64,000 nt of DNA from Fimbriimonadales bacterium (lineage in GTDB: Bacteria; Armatimonadota; Fimbriimonadia; Fimbriimonadales; ATM1). A program made the position numbers and the translations under genes. This document shows, in pieces, positions 28,962 to 39,735 of the stretch. Position 1 is the stretch's first letter. The number at the start of each line of letters is the position of its first letter. A model generated the notes under the pieces. That model was not told where the DNA came from. It searched no databases and saw only the letters and a list, made by a program, of their open reading frames with translations. The DNA lies in the NCBI GenBank assembly GCA_041744215.1, contig JBGTLG010000015.1:32001-96000 (forward strand), given 5' to 3'.

Positions 28962-30259
28962 CAGTAAAGCCCGTCGTATTCCCCAGCAAACTTCTCCGGG
29001 GACCCCACCTTCGCCAAGTCGAGGACTTTGTGCCGGGTCTCGATTGCAGAAATCAATTCACGATATGGCTCTGCGTCGTGGCCAAACACGATAACGTCGC
29101 CATGAGTTATGGCCTCGTCGGCCGATACCAGAATCCGTTTTAGGTGCGGCAGTTCGTTATCGATGTATGCTTTGTTAGAGCCAAAGAGCGCGGCATACTC
29201 CACGTTTGGGTCAAAGATCCGCAAATCATATCCTTTCCCTAATAGCATTTCAGCCAGGGTCACCAGCGGACTTTCGCGCAAGTCGTCCGTTCCCTCCTTA
29301 AAACTGATTCCCAACATAGCTATCTTCTTGGACCCTTGCGACATGATCCTGTCAGCGGCACGCTCAATCTGGAGTTTGTTGCTAAGCAATGAACCTTCAA
29401 ACATGGGCAGATGAACATCGCTCTCACGGGCTTTGTGCGTGTACGCACGCATATCTTTCGGGAGACAGCTGCCACCGTAGGCGAACCCAGGTTTCATATA
29501 CTTTGTTGAAATGTTCAGCTTTGTGTCGCGGCAGATGATATCGAGCACTTCACGCGAATCCACACCTAAAGTCTTGCATAGCATCCCCATCTCGTTCGCA
29601 AACGTAATTTTCAGCGCATGGAAAATGTTGCATCCATACTTGATCGCTTCGGCAGTCGATAACCTGCAGTGAATGAATTCGCCGGGAATACTCGCGTACA
29701 TTTGCCGGACTCGGTCGAACTCTTCAGGAGAATCTGTGCCGATCACCGTGTAAGGTGGATTGTAAAAGTCGTAGATCGACACGCCTTCTCGCAGAAACTC
29801 GGGATTCATGCTCACCCCAAAGCTCTCCTGTGGCGCTTCCTTTGACAATGCGGGAATCACGAGGGACTCAGTCGTTCCAGGCAGCACGGTGGAGCGAACC
29901 ACAACCGAATGATATGAACCCTTCGCGCGAACCGCCTTGCCAATCTCGCCCGAGACCTTCTCAACATATTCTGTTCGAAGACTGCCATTCGCATTTGAAG
30001 GGGTGCCGACGCAAATCAGCGACAGATCGGTGGTCGCGACAGCAGACATGAAGTCCCCGGTAACGGACAACCGACCGGAAGCCACGCCGGCGGCCATCAA
30101 CTCATCCAGACCCTCTTCGACAATAGGACTCTTGCCAGAACCGATCAGGTCCAATTTTCGAGAATCGGGGTCGACACCGATAACCGTGTGGCCTTCTTTC
30201 ACAAGACAGGCGCCGGTCACGGCGCCTACATAACCCAGTCCAAAAATCGAGATACGCAT
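28958..30259 (-). CDS. GDP-mannose/UDP-glucose 6-dehydrogenase family (AlgD-like)
   Basis: FGLGYVG, CVGTPS, RSTVLPGT, NPEFLREG, GGSCLPKD, FKEGTDDLRESP. Confidence 0.93.
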   Translation of the reverse strand: MRISIFGLGYVGAVTGACLVKEGHTVIGVDPDSRKLDLIGSGKSPIVEEGLDELMAAGVASGRLSVTGDFMSAVATTDLSLICVGTPSNANGSLRTEYVEKVSGEIGKAVRAKGSYHSVVVRSTVLPGTTESLVIPALSKEAPQESFGVSMNPEFLREGVSIYDFYNPPYTVIGTDSPEEFDRVRQMYASIPGEFIHCRLSTAEAIKYGCNIFHALKITFANEMGMLCKTLGVDSREVLDIICRDTKLNISTKYMKPGFAYGGSCLPKDMRAYTHKARESDVHLPMFEGSLLSNKLQIERAADRIMSQGSKKIAMLGISFKEGTDDLRESPLVTLAEMLLGKGYDLRIFDPNVEYAALFGSNKAYIDNELPHLKRILVSADEAITHGDVIVFGHDAEPYRELISAIETRHKVLDLAKVGSPEKFAGEYDGLYW

Positions 30260-30328
30260 GAGATTGCTTTGGGGAGCAGCCCGAAGTATACCGGCGCAAG
30301 TTCAAGGCCAGACACAGACAGGTGCTCC

Positions 30329-32308
30329 CTACAAGTAACGCTCAAACCAAGCCAGAATCTCCTGGAGGCGGTGAATTCGCATGTCGACCGGGCCATTTCG
30401 GCTCATGCCATGGCTCGTGTTGCCGGGATATCGGACCAGCTTCGACGGAACTCCAAGCATTTGCAAAAACGTGTACACCTGCTCGCCCTGCTCCACGTGG
30501 CAGCGCAAGTCTCCTTCGCTGTGGATCACCAACGTCGGCGTCTTTACATTCTTAAAGTGCTTGACCGGACTCCTTTCCCACAAGTGCTCCCACTCATCGA
30601 ACGCAGCACCTGGCCATACGCCGTCCGGGACAAACGTGTAGTCGCTGTTGCCGCTCTTGCTAAGAAGATTCGAAACACACCGATCGGTGATCGCCGCACG
30701 GTAGTCAGCCGAATGACTGATCGCCCAGTTAACCATATAGCCGCCATACGAGCCACCTAAGATCCCGATCCGATCCGAGTCCGTATACGGAAGCGCCTTC
30801 GTGAACTCCGTTACGGCTCGCACGTCCGCCCAGTCCGCAACTCCCCAATCTCCCGAAATGCAGCGGGCAAACTCTTCCCCGTAGCCTGTGCTGCCGCGGA
30901 TGTTCGAGAACACAACCACATAGCCGGCCGCTGCCAGCAGTTGCATCTCGAAAAAGAGCGCTGAGTGGTACATCCCATGCGGTCCGCCATGAATCTCGAT
31001 TGCGGCAGGTCTGACGCTGCCAGCACCAGGATGCTGCAGCACCCATGTTTGAATCCGAACCCCGGGCTCCGACTCGACCCAGTGTTCTTCGGGTGTGGCG
31101 ATCTCCACTTCGCCCTCGAGTTGCTCATTGAAACTCGATCTCCACAACTCCCTGCCATTGGGATCCAGCAGCGCAACCTCTGGAAACCCATCTTCGCGCA
31201 ATCGGCAGGCAGCGATTCGTCCGATCGGATCGACGGAACCGAGGAGGCACTCCCCGCGTACGGAGGTGATGCGCGACAACGATCCCGACGCCGCGTCGAA
31301 CGCCGCAATCTGCGTCGAGCCGCGCTCCGACAAACTCGCGAAAACTTGTTTGCCATCTGTTGACCAAACCAGCCTTGGCTCGGGAGCCTCGCGACAGTCG
31401 CCGATGGTGTGGACGCCAACGTCGACATCAGGGCCGGTCAAGACGCGGAACTCCCCCGTCACCGAATCGTACACCGCGAGTAACGTCGACTTGATCCCGA
31501 AGTGGTCAGCGCTCCGATCCTGATACATCATCGCGACCGAGCCTCCGCCCGGCTGAAGAGCGAATGCGCCGAAGTTTCCAGCGGGATACCCGGACATCGC
31601 GCGCTGCTCGCGCGTTTCCACGTCAACAACAAACATCTGCTCATTCCACGGTTCCATCGAGGGTCGATCCGAGACGTTGTAAGCAACTAACAGCGATCCC
31701 GAATCGGCAGTCCAGCAGAACGCGTACTCGCCATCTGCAGCCGAATTGAGGACGCTCCTGTGGGTTCCAGCCTCGACGTCAAGCACACACAGTTCGAACC
31801 TGTCACCGCCGAAAACCCCGTCCCCGTCCATCCGCCAGATCAAAGTGTCGACCTCCCACGGAGGTTCACTCTCACCAGACTCTTCCCTCGTCTTCTTCGC
31901 AGCCGCGGTTCTGTTCGGAGACTTGGCTCGGAACAAAAAAGCAATCATTCGTCCATCCGGAGACCACTCAAATCTACCGACTGACCCTTCAGGCAATCTG
32001 GACACAGGGTGCGCTTCTCCACCATCTGCGGCCATCAAGTAGAGTTGCGAAAACGGTTTCGCCCGATCACTGACAAACGCGAAGCCCGTTCCGTCTGGCC
32101 GCCAGCGCACAGGCCCGTCAACAACTTGCCCAAACGTCAGTTGCCGGACCTTCCCATCGCACCAGTCAAACAGCCTCGACACTGTCTTGTGCTTTTCCCC
32201 CACCGCCTTGACCGGAAAGACAAATCGTCGACCGTCGGGAGAGAACTGCGGATCGCCAGGCAGGACGATCCTATGCAAATCGTGTGGAGTGAGAGGACGT
32301 TTGGGCAT
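30329..32308 (-). CDS. S9 family prolyl oligopeptidase / acylaminoacyl peptidase
   Basis: Beta-propeller repeats; IHGGP, GGSYGG, D.RC, SHG catalytic triad. Start set at MPKRP. Confidence 0.94.
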   Translation of the reverse strand: MPKRPLTPHDLHRIVLPGDPQFSPDGRRFVFPVKAVGEKHKTVSRLFDWCDGKVRQLTFGQVVDGPVRWRPDGTGFAFVSDRAKPFSQLYLMAADGGEAHPVSRLPEGSVGRFEWSPDGRMIAFLFRAKSPNRTAAAKKTREESGESEPPWEVDTLIWRMDGDGVFGGDRFELCVLDVEAGTHRSVLNSAADGEYAFCWTADSGSLLVAYNVSDRPSMEPWNEQMFVVDVETREQRAMSGYPAGNFGAFALQPGGGSVAMMYQDRSADHFGIKSTLLAVYDSVTGEFRVLTGPDVDVGVHTIGDCREAPEPRLVWSTDGKQVFASLSERGSTQIAAFDAASGSLSRITSVRGECLLGSVDPIGRIAACRLREDGFPEVALLDPNGRELWRSSFNEQLEGEVEIATPEEHWVESEPGVRIQTWVLQHPGAGSVRPAAIEIHGGPHGMYHSALFFEMQLLAAAGYVVVFSNIRGSTGYGEEFARCISGDWGVADWADVRAVTEFTKALPYTDSDRIGILGGSYGGYMVNWAISHSADYRAAITDRCVSNLLSKSGNSDYTFVPDGVWPGAAFDEWEHLWERSPVKHFKNVKTPTLVIHSEGDLRCHVEQGEQVYTFLQMLGVPSKLVRYPGNTSHGMSRNGPVDMRIHRLQEILAWFERYL

Positions 32309-32412
32309 GCTCGGAACATTACCACGAGGATTAGCGTAGCCAGGAAGGCGTACCAAACGCCTGGAAAGACCGTCTGTCTTCTTAGACAGTCTCAGGACGA
32401 GAGAGGATCAAC

Positions 32413-33804
32413 CTGAAGCCCATTTGCCTTGCTTTCGCCATATTCGCCAGCTTGTCGGCCTCCGCCCAAGACGGCTGGAAAAAGCCCGTGACGATCCACG
32501 CGACCGTTACCGAGTCGCGTCTCGGAGTCTCGCGCGCCTTCGAGATCACCGCAACAGCCGGCGCGCTTCGAATGGTTACAACGGGGGGCCTGAGCCCGCG
32601 ACTCGAAGGACAGCGCAGAGTCGAAACGATCTCCTACCGCGGCGTCCACACTTGGCTTGACGACAAGCCACGCGTTACAATGCAGCTTCCAACACCCACA
32701 AACTGGGACCTCCTAAACTTCCTCGCCACGCCGCGCTTTTCCAGGGCGGACTTAGAGATCCACCTCGCCGGAATTGAGCGAGCCCTCGGCAAGCGGGTGC
32801 TGGCAGGCGCAAGCGAAATCGTCTCCTCGCGCGATTGCCTCGTTCTCACGATCCTTGACCGACCGGACTCCATGAACAAGGACTTCCAAAAGGTCTGGAT
32901 TGACCGAGAAGTTGGTCTGACGATGCGAGTCGAAGACTACTTTGGCGGCGAAAAGACTTACAGCAGGCAGATTACAAGCGTTGAGTTTTCTAATGATCCA
33001 CCGGAAGTGTCGATGGGTCCTCAGCAGGACGCGGTGATCATCCGTGGGCCCGTGGCTGTCGAAACGCTGCTCCGAGTGCCAACGCCGCGACCTACCGCCG
33101 ACTTCGTCCAGGAAATCGCCCGCTTCAACGAGCTTTCAAAGTCAACGGACAAGAACTGGCTCGTCGCTCCAAACCCGGGTCGACCCTTCGGCTATAGCCA
33201 AACAGCGTACCGCGAGCCCGTGGTCACCTCACAGAGCCAGGAGCAGCGCTCCCAACAATCCAACCGCAGAGATTCCGCGCTCCTCTCTCAGATGGGCTCG
33301 TTTCTCTCGAGCGGACCCCCAAATGAAGGAACGGAAGTCAGAGTCGTTTTCACCCGGGGAGAAACGGGCGGAAGCCGCGAAATCCAAGTTCAGGCCGAAA
33401 TCAACGGAGAACGGCGCGAGTTCACGATCCGCCAAAACCCAGGTGAACCGCCTCAGTTTGGATCGCCTGGAGGCGACTCCCAAACGCAGCCAGGACAAGC
33501 CCAACGCGGCGGCACCACGAGGATGTTCGTAGCAAAGAGTGACTTCGTGGATCCGGCGACCGGGAACACACTCGTGTTGGTCCAGTCGATCGGCGTCGCT
33601 CCCAACAACTACCTCGAAGGCGTTTTGCTAACGAGATCGCAGCCCTTCGATGACAAGCGATTCCCCTCAGCTACTCTCTGGACAGTCGAGTTTCCGTACC
33701 CGGCAGTCGTACTCAACTGGCAGAAAGGCAACGTTCGGTATGCTCTCGCAAGTACGGGTCTCACTGAAGCACAGCTTGCAGATATCGCAGCCAAAGTTCA
33801 GTAA
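32413..33804 (+). CDS. exported LolA/MucB-RseB-like fold protein (paralog 1)
   Basis: CLVLTILDRPD...QKVWIDREVGLTMRVE motif. A full signal peptide needs the in-frame CTG at 32413 after GAGAGGA. Confidence 0.65.
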   Translation: MKPICLAFAIFASLSASAQDGWKKPVTIHATVTESRLGVSRAFEITATAGALRMVTTGGLSPRLEGQRRVETISYRGVHTWLDDKPRVTMQLPTPTNWDLLNFLATPRFSRADLEIHLAGIERALGKRVLAGASEIVSSRDCLVLTILDRPDSMNKDFQKVWIDREVGLTMRVEDYFGGEKTYSRQITSVEFSNDPPEVSMGPQQDAVIIRGPVAVETLLRVPTPRPTADFVQEIARFNELSKSTDKNWLVAPNPGRPFGYSQTAYREPVVTSQSQEQRSQQSNRRDSALLSQMGSFLSSGPPNEGTEVRVVFTRGETGGSREIQVQAEINGERREFTIRQNPGEPPQFGSPGGDSQTQPGQAQRGGTTRMFVAKSDFVDPATGNTLVLVQSIGVAPNNYLEGVLLTRSQPFDDKRFPSATLWTVEFPYPAVVLNWQKGNVRYALASTGLTEAQLADIAAKVQ

Positions 33805-33816
33805 AGGATAGAAAGA

Positions 33817-35181
33817 ATGAGCCTCAGGTCAATCACATTGCTCGCCTTGTCGATTCTCGCCGCGAGCGCGTTCGCGCAGGACGGCTGGAAGCGACCCGAC
33901 ACCGTTTTCGCAACCTTCAAAGAAGTTGACGGCACCACACACGATTACAAGCTCGCGAAAACAAGCGACGGGCTGGTCATTGAAACGACCCGCAGCGCGA
34001 ACGGCGCACTCGGAGGCGTATCGCGAATCGAGTCAATCTCTAAGTCTGGAGTCTATACGTGGCTCACCGGAAAACTACAAGTCGCACTGCAATTGCCGAA
34101 CACGACCATTCCCGGCATCACCGAGTTTTTGGCTGTCCCACGATTCTCGAGAGCCGACCTCGAATTCAACCTTGACGGTATTCAGAAGTCGCTCGGCAAA
34201 GCCGTCCGCGCAGGCAAAACGGAGGACATTGCAGGCCGCAAGTGCCTGGTACTCACGATCCTCGACCGACCCGACTCCGCCACTACCGACTTCCAGCGAC
34301 TCTGGGTGGATGTCGAAACCGGGCTCTCACTGAAAGTCGAAGATTACTTCGGAGGCAAGCTCACTTACTCACGCGAAGTGACGGACATAGCCTTCAATGA
34401 TATCCCCGAGGGCTTTCCCACGACGCATGCCACAAACGCGACAATAATCCGTGGCGCCGTCTCGCCGGAAACCTTGCTCAAGATGCCATCGGCAAGATCT
34501 CACGATGAACTTAAGGCGGACCTCGCGAATCTCGGACGCCCCAAAGACAGCGAGGACAGCTGGACAACTGTTATTCCCGAGCTCCCCCCCCTCCGATACG
34601 CCCAAACCTCCTACCGCGAGCAAACTTTGCGCATGTCAAGCTCTGATTCCAGTAACCGGCGTCAAAACGCCATCGCCGACCCACAGAGTGGAACTGGCAC
34701 GGTCCTGTCCGAAGTTGTTACACTCTCTGGCGGAGGTGAAGGCAGGATTATGTCGATATCCGCTATTCGACTCGACTCAAATGCTCGCGACGCAGTCTAT
34801 CAATTCACAACTGACTCGAGTGGGAACACACTGGTCATGCGCGGCGAAGAATCTTCTGGGGCTGGCTCAACAGGTCAGGACGCAAGAATCGGTCAACCGA
34901 CAATCATCCCCGTTGCAAAAAGCGACTTCGTAGATCCTAAGTCGGGGCACACTCTGACTTTTGTCCAAGTAAAAGGCAGACCAGCCGATCAACTCATCGG
35001 GCCCTACCTCCTCGGAACTCCAGCCCCAATCCAGGGGCTTGAGAGCGGGCGTAGCTACGCTGCAAAGGGAGACGTTGACTTGACGATCGTCGCATGGAAA
35101 AAGGGAGAAATCCACTATGCGATCGCATCGACTCAACTGCCTCTCGCGCGGATGGTCGAGATCGCCAAAAGTGTGAAGTAA
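33817..35181 (+). CDS. exported LolA/MucB-RseB-like fold protein (paralog 2)
   Basis: Signal peptide; EDIAGRKCLVL...RLWVDVETGLSLKVE; shares blocks with the upstream gene. Confidence 0.7.
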   Translation: MSLRSITLLALSILAASAFAQDGWKRPDTVFATFKEVDGTTHDYKLAKTSDGLVIETTRSANGALGGVSRIESISKSGVYTWLTGKLQVALQLPNTTIPGITEFLAVPRFSRADLEFNLDGIQKSLGKAVRAGKTEDIAGRKCLVLTILDRPDSATTDFQRLWVDVETGLSLKVEDYFGGKLTYSREVTDIAFNDIPEGFPTTHATNATIIRGAVSPETLLKMPSARSHDELKADLANLGRPKDSEDSWTTVIPELPPLRYAQTSYREQTLRMSSSDSSNRRQNAIADPQSGTGTVLSEVVTLSGGGEGRIMSISAIRLDSNARDAVYQFTTDSSGNTLVMRGEESSGAGSTGQDARIGQPTIIPVAKSDFVDPKSGHTLTFVQVKGRPADQLIGPYLLGTPAPIQGLESGRSYAAKGDVDLTIVAWKKGEIHYAIASTQLPLARMVEIAKSVK

Positions 35182-35183
35182 CT

Positions 35184-35717
35184 TCAACCTCTCTTTGCAA
35201 GCGCATCATCCACCGCTTTGACGACCTCAGGTGCGTCCGGTGACGTTCGAGGCTCAAACCTCGCAATGAGTTCACCATTGCGATCGATCAAGAACTTAGT
35301 AAAGTTCCACTTGATCTCACCAGGAAATCGAGACGTCTCTTCCGAAGTCAGAAACTCGTAAAGCGGGTGAATTCCCTCACCCTTTACAATCACCTTTTGA
35401 AAAAGCGGGAACGTCACGTTGTAAGTTGAAGTGCAAAACTCCAGAATCTCAGCATTCGATCCAGGTTCCTGCCCGCCAAACTCATTCGCCGGGAACCCGA
35501 GAATCACGAACCCAGCGTCCTTGCGAACGTGGTACATCTCCTGCAATCTCGAGTACTGCGGAGTCAGCCCACATTTGCTCGCGACGTTGACGATCATCAC
35601 CACTTGACCCTTGAACTTTGCAAGCGATTGCGCCTTTCCGTCGATCAAGGTCGCCTCGAAACCGAGCGCACCACCAACCTGGCCGAGGCTCATGGCCGCA
35701 AGAATAGCTGAAATCAT
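35184..35717 (-). CDS. glutathione peroxidase family protein (Cys type), probably exported
   Basis: NVASKCGLTPQY, GFPANEFGGQEPG, WNFTKFL. Confidence 0.94.
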   Translation of the reverse strand: MISAILAAMSLGQVGGALGFEATLIDGKAQSLAKFKGQVVMIVNVASKCGLTPQYSRLQEMYHVRKDAGFVILGFPANEFGGQEPGSNAEILEFCTSTYNVTFPLFQKVIVKGEGIHPLYEFLTSEETSRFPGEIKWNFTKFLIDRNGELIARFEPRTSPDAPEVVKAVDDALAKRG

Positions 35718-35901
35718 AGTCTTCCTCCTGGGGGATGAACCCCCCACCAATTACGAAACCCAAACCGGCATGTTTCCCAAAAACTGTGGGATACTCTGAA
35801 AGTTGCGGGTCATTTCAGGTTCGAGCAGCCCCGCGGGGCGCGGGCTAGAGGGATGAGATCGGAACATCACGGGCGTGCATGCCCATGAATTGGAGAAGAC
35901 A

Positions 35902-36162
35902 GTGAGTAATAAGAGTTTGTACATTGGCAATCTGCCCTACACCGTCAATGAAAAGGACGTCTTCGACTTCTTTTCGGAGTACGACCCGCAGAGCGTTCGA
36001 ATTGTCGAGGGCAGGGGCTTCGGCTTCGTTGACGTGCCCGAGGACAAAGCAGCCCAATGCGTCGATGAGATGAACGGTAAGGAGATGGCTGGGCGAAAGT
36101 TGATCATCAACGAGGCGCGCCCAAAGGAATCAGGCGGCGGGGGCGGACGAGATCGCTACTAA
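35902..36162 (+). CDS. single RRM RNA-binding protein with Gly-rich tail
   Basis: LYIGNL (RNP2), RGFGFV (RNP1), INEARPK; GTG start after GGAG. Confidence 0.93.
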   Translation: MSNKSLYIGNLPYTVNEKDVFDFFSEYDPQSVRIVEGRGFGFVDVPEDKAAQCVDEMNGKEMAGRKLIINEARPKESGGGGGRDRY

Positions 36163-36281
36163 AGCAACAATATTGTAATACGTCTTCGTTTAGCCCAAAA
36201 CTGACACGATTGATAGGTAAACTGGGCCGCTAACGCACCGCGGGTCGGCGAAGCATTCATGAAGGCTCCGCACATCCGCAC

Positions 36282-37349
36282 TTGCCAAAATTCCCCCAGG
36301 AGCAACTATTGTCTACCTCTTCGAAGGCCGGGAAGCAGCCCGCACCGCCCGCAAAGACTGAAACACCTGACATCGCCCTGCTCGAGCACTTCTATCGCGA
36401 GATGCTCCGTATTCGAGTCTTCGAGCGATTCAGCGAGCAAGCCTATCGTGCAGGCTTGGCCGGCGGCTACCTCCACGTTTATACAGGAATGGAAGCGACA
36501 GCGATTGGGTGGCTCTCCTGCATTGAAAAGCACGACCCCGTAATCACCGCTTATCGTGACCATGGCCACGCCCTGTATCTCGGCTGCGACGCAACAGCCT
36601 GCATGGCAGAAATCATGGGACGCTCCGGAGGCATGAGCGGCGGAAAGGGAGGCTCGATGCACCTTTACAGCGCCGAGCACAACTTCTACGGAGGGTGGGG
36701 CATCGTCGGTGGACACATCGCCCTCGGCGTGGGCCTCGCCTTCGGCACTAAGTATCAAGGCAGCGACGCAGTAACACACTGCTTCTTTGGCGACGGCGCG
36801 GCAAACGCGGGAGTCCTCTTCGAAGTAATGAACATGGCATCGCTCTGGGATCTCCCAGTGATCTTTATTATTGAAAACAATGAGTTCGCGATGGGCACGC
36901 GGCTCGAATACCACGCTGCCGATACCGAACTCCATAAGCGAGCAGAAGGCTTCAATATGGAGCACGAACGTATCGATGGGATGGACGTGCTCGAAGTTCG
37001 GCGCCACGCTCGTCGGATAATCGATCGAGCTCGAAAAACCTCCCGGCCTTACTTTCTTGAGATCATGAACTACCGCTTTGCAGGACATGGTGCGGCAGAT
37101 AACGATCAATCGCTATATCGGACTCCTGAAGAATTGGAGCGTGCGAAAAAGCGAGATCCCATTGCTCTCCTTGAAAACTACATGCGTGATAACAATGTCA
37201 TGACAAGCGAAAAGATGGAAGCCATTCAAGCCGAAGTCGAAGAGGAGATGGAGCAGGTTTACACCGATGCAGCCGCATCGCCCAAACCCGAACCCCATGA
37301 AGTTTATTCGGACGTCTACACAGACATGACCCCGGAGAAGGGACACTAA
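36282..37349 (+). CDS. pdhA: pyruvate dehydrogenase E1 alpha subunit
   Basis: YRDHG, GKGGSMH, GDGA...ENN ThDP motif, YRF.GH. Confidence 0.92.
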   Translation: MPKFPQEQLLSTSSKAGKQPAPPAKTETPDIALLEHFYREMLRIRVFERFSEQAYRAGLAGGYLHVYTGMEATAIGWLSCIEKHDPVITAYRDHGHALYLGCDATACMAEIMGRSGGMSGGKGGSMHLYSAEHNFYGGWGIVGGHIALGVGLAFGTKYQGSDAVTHCFFGDGAANAGVLFEVMNMASLWDLPVIFIIENNEFAMGTRLEYHAADTELHKRAEGFNMEHERIDGMDVLEVRRHARRIIDRARKTSRPYFLEIMNYRFAGHGAADNDQSLYRTPEELERAKKRDPIALLENYMRDNNVMTSEKMEAIQAEVEEEMEQVYTDAAASPKPEPHEVYSDVYTDMTPEKGH

Positions 37350-37350
37350 C

Positions 37351-38328
37351 ATGGCTAGCGTAACCTACAGGGACGCGCTCCGCCAGGCGATGATCGAAGA
37401 AATTGAGCGGGACGAAAGCGTTTTCCTCATGGGCGAAGACATTGGGCGATACCAAGGCACGTTCCGAGTCACGCAAGGGCTTTTTGAACAGTTCAAGCAA
37501 AAGCGAGTGCTGGATACGCCAATCTCAGAACCGGGAATCGTCGGAATCGCAATCGGGGCAGCAATGGTTGGCTGTCGGCCTATCGTCGAGATGATGACGA
37601 TGTCATTCAGCATCCTCGCGATGGATCAGATCATCAACCACGCGGCGAAGATTCACTACATGAGCGGAGGGCAGTTCAAAGTGCCTCTCGTCATCCGCGG
37701 ACCCGGCGGCGCGGCAAACCAGCTGAGCGCGCAGCATAGTCACAGCCTCGAAGGATGGTATGCGCATGTACCTGGACTCAAAGTCGTCGCTCCCAGCACG
37801 ACGGAAGATGTGTACGGGATGATCAAGACAGCGATTCGAGATGACAACCCCGTCATTTTCACCGAGAACCCGGGACTCTATGGAGTCAAAGGCGAAATCC
37901 CGACAGAAAAAGATTTCACCGTGCCGTTCGGAAAGTGCGCGGTTCGCAAAGAGGGAGCGGATATCTCGCTAATCGGCTATTCGCGAATGGCTCATGTCTG
38001 CATGGAAATCGCAGAGGAACTGGACAAAGAGGGCGTCGACGCCGAGGTTATCGATGTGCGTTCGCTCCTCCCGTTAGATACCGAGACAATCTACGATTCC
38101 GTCAAGAAAACGAACCGCGCCCTGGTGATGTACGAAGACTGGCGCTCAGGCGGATTCGGAGCTGAAATTGTCGCAAGAATTCAGGAGGACTGTTTCGATT
38201 TCCTCGACGCTCCAGTAGGACGAATCGGAGGACTAAACGTCCCAATGCCCTATGCCAGAAACCTTGAATTGCTCTGCATACCAAACAAAGATGATGGTCT
38301 CGCCAAAGCGCGTGAGGTCCTGTCCTGA
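37351..38328 (+). CDS. pdhB: pyruvate dehydrogenase E1 beta subunit
   Basis: GEDIG, DTPISE, QHSHS, FLDAP, P.PYA..LE. Confidence 0.94.
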   Translation: MASVTYRDALRQAMIEEIERDESVFLMGEDIGRYQGTFRVTQGLFEQFKQKRVLDTPISEPGIVGIAIGAAMVGCRPIVEMMTMSFSILAMDQIINHAAKIHYMSGGQFKVPLVIRGPGGAANQLSAQHSHSLEGWYAHVPGLKVVAPSTTEDVYGMIKTAIRDDNPVIFTENPGLYGVKGEIPTEKDFTVPFGKCAVRKEGADISLIGYSRMAHVCMEIAEELDKEGVDAEVIDVRSLLPLDTETIYDSVKKTNRALVMYEDWRSGGFGAEIVARIQEDCFDFLDAPVGRIGGLNVPMPYARNLELLCIPNKDDGLAKAREVLS

Positions 38329-38372
38329 CACCCGTCACGCCCACCCGCGACACCATGTGAGATAATCACGCT

Positions 38373-38804
38373 ATGACAGCGCAGGAACTAATCCAATACC
38401 AGATTCAAACAGGGCATCGCCAGGTCCGCAATTCCGTCAAAGGACTTGATGATGCCGCTTTGCAGAACAAACTGACCCTAGGAAGCATGAGCATCGCCTC
38501 GATGCTCGAGCATCTGTGTGAATGCCGCGTGGCGTTCATCGCCGAATCAAGCGGTGAGAAGCACAACTGGGGCAACTACTCCGCCCCAGACTCATCGGCA
38601 GCTGGACTGCTGGGCGAACTCAGCAGATTGACCGAGCATGTGATAGGCCTGGTGCAAGCAGATCCTTCCGACGAAAACATGCATCACGCAACTGACTTTG
38701 TCGCACTCCACGATGCTTATCACGTGGGTCAAATCTGTGCCTGCAGAATGACATTCGACCCTGAATTCGATCCCTATTCGATCTATCAAGGCGAGGATTC
38801 GTAG
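38373..38804 (+). CDS. DinB superfamily protein
   Basis: SIASMLEHL...H..YH.GQI His triad. Confidence 0.8.
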   Translation: MTAQELIQYQIQTGHRQVRNSVKGLDDAALQNKLTLGSMSIASMLEHLCECRVAFIAESSGEKHNWGNYSAPDSSAAGLLGELSRLTEHVIGLVQADPSDENMHHATDFVALHDAYHVGQICACRMTFDPEFDPYSIYQGEDS

Positions 38805-38922
38805 GCCGCCACCCGCGCCCCCGCTGGCCAGGTCGCCTAACTAACGAACAAACTGACCACCGAGAAGGATCCGAAATCAAGCTATTGCCCGTATAATCTA
38901 TAGGACGAGCGGAGCCATAACG

Positions 38923-39732
38923 ATGCCAAGAGCAAGAGCGTTCACTTTAATCGAGCTCCTCGTGGTGATTGCGATCATTGCGATCCTTGCCGCACTGCTC
39001 TTCCCAGTCTTTGCTCAAGCACGAAACGCCGCCAAACAAAGTAACTGCATCAGCAATGTACGCCAGTTAGGCATCGCATCGCAGCTTTACGCCTCTGATC
39101 ACGACGACACCTGGGCACCCTCAGTCATGTGGCTGCCTGAGACGGGCTTCGCGCCGCAGCAGACTTGGGTCGGATACGACAACAATAACCAGGGCATCCT
39201 CGGCGGATTCTGGGGCAGAGTTAACGAGCCGAAAAGGAACCGAAAACGTTCAGGAGCGATCGACCCGTACCTTCAAAACGACCAGATCAAGCGGTGCCCG
39301 CTGATGCCGGGCACATGGCAGATGGCGTACTGCCTAAACTGGTTCAATCCGCTATATGGGTCGCCTTACTACGCGACCAACCCGGCGGCGCAAGGAAATG
39401 AATTCGGCCCTGGTTCTAAATCATGTGCAATCGCTCCTGATGGAACGTTCACTTGTACCGCGGCGGCGAACCATGAGATACAAGATCCTACGCAAACGCT
39501 CGTTGCATGGGAACACGACGCAAGAGTTCCCATGTGCAATTTCTTGCAAGGATATGATTGGTTCCTCAATGCCCCTGCGCTGGAAAGTCTTCGAAGTCAC
39601 TTTCACTTCCTCCATCGCGACGCTGCAATCGTGTTGTGGGCTGACACGCACGTTAAGCGAATTGACTTCGGGCGACTAACGCGACCGATGTTCTCGTGCC
39701 GCAAAGACATCTATCCCTCTGGTTGGGAATAG
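38923..39732 (+). CDS. prepilin-type N-terminal cleavage / DUF1559 protein
   Basis: [42 protein letters not shown]-x9-D(T)HVK. Confidence 0.9.
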   Translation: MPRARAFTLIELLVVIAIIAILAALLFPVFAQARNAAKQSNCISNVRQLGIASQLYASDHDDTWAPSVMWLPETGFAPQQTWVGYDNNNQGILGGFWGRVNEPKRNRKRSGAIDPYLQNDQIKRCPLMPGTWQMAYCLNWFNPLYGSPYYATNPAAQGNEFGPGSKSCAIAPDGTFTCTAAANHEIQDPTQTLVAWEHDARVPMCNFLQGYDWFLNAPALESLRSHFHFLHRDAAIVLWADTHVKRIDFGRLTRPMFSCRKDIYPSGWE

Positions 39733-39735
39733 ACT

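Noticed and set aside
27765-30259. Alginate or capsule biosynthesis locus
   Set aside because: Only a dehydrogenase and one GT4 are present; no polymerase or export genes adjacent
35184-35750. Selenocysteine in the glutathione peroxidase
   Set aside because: The active-site codon is Cys (TGT) and there is no in-frame TGA
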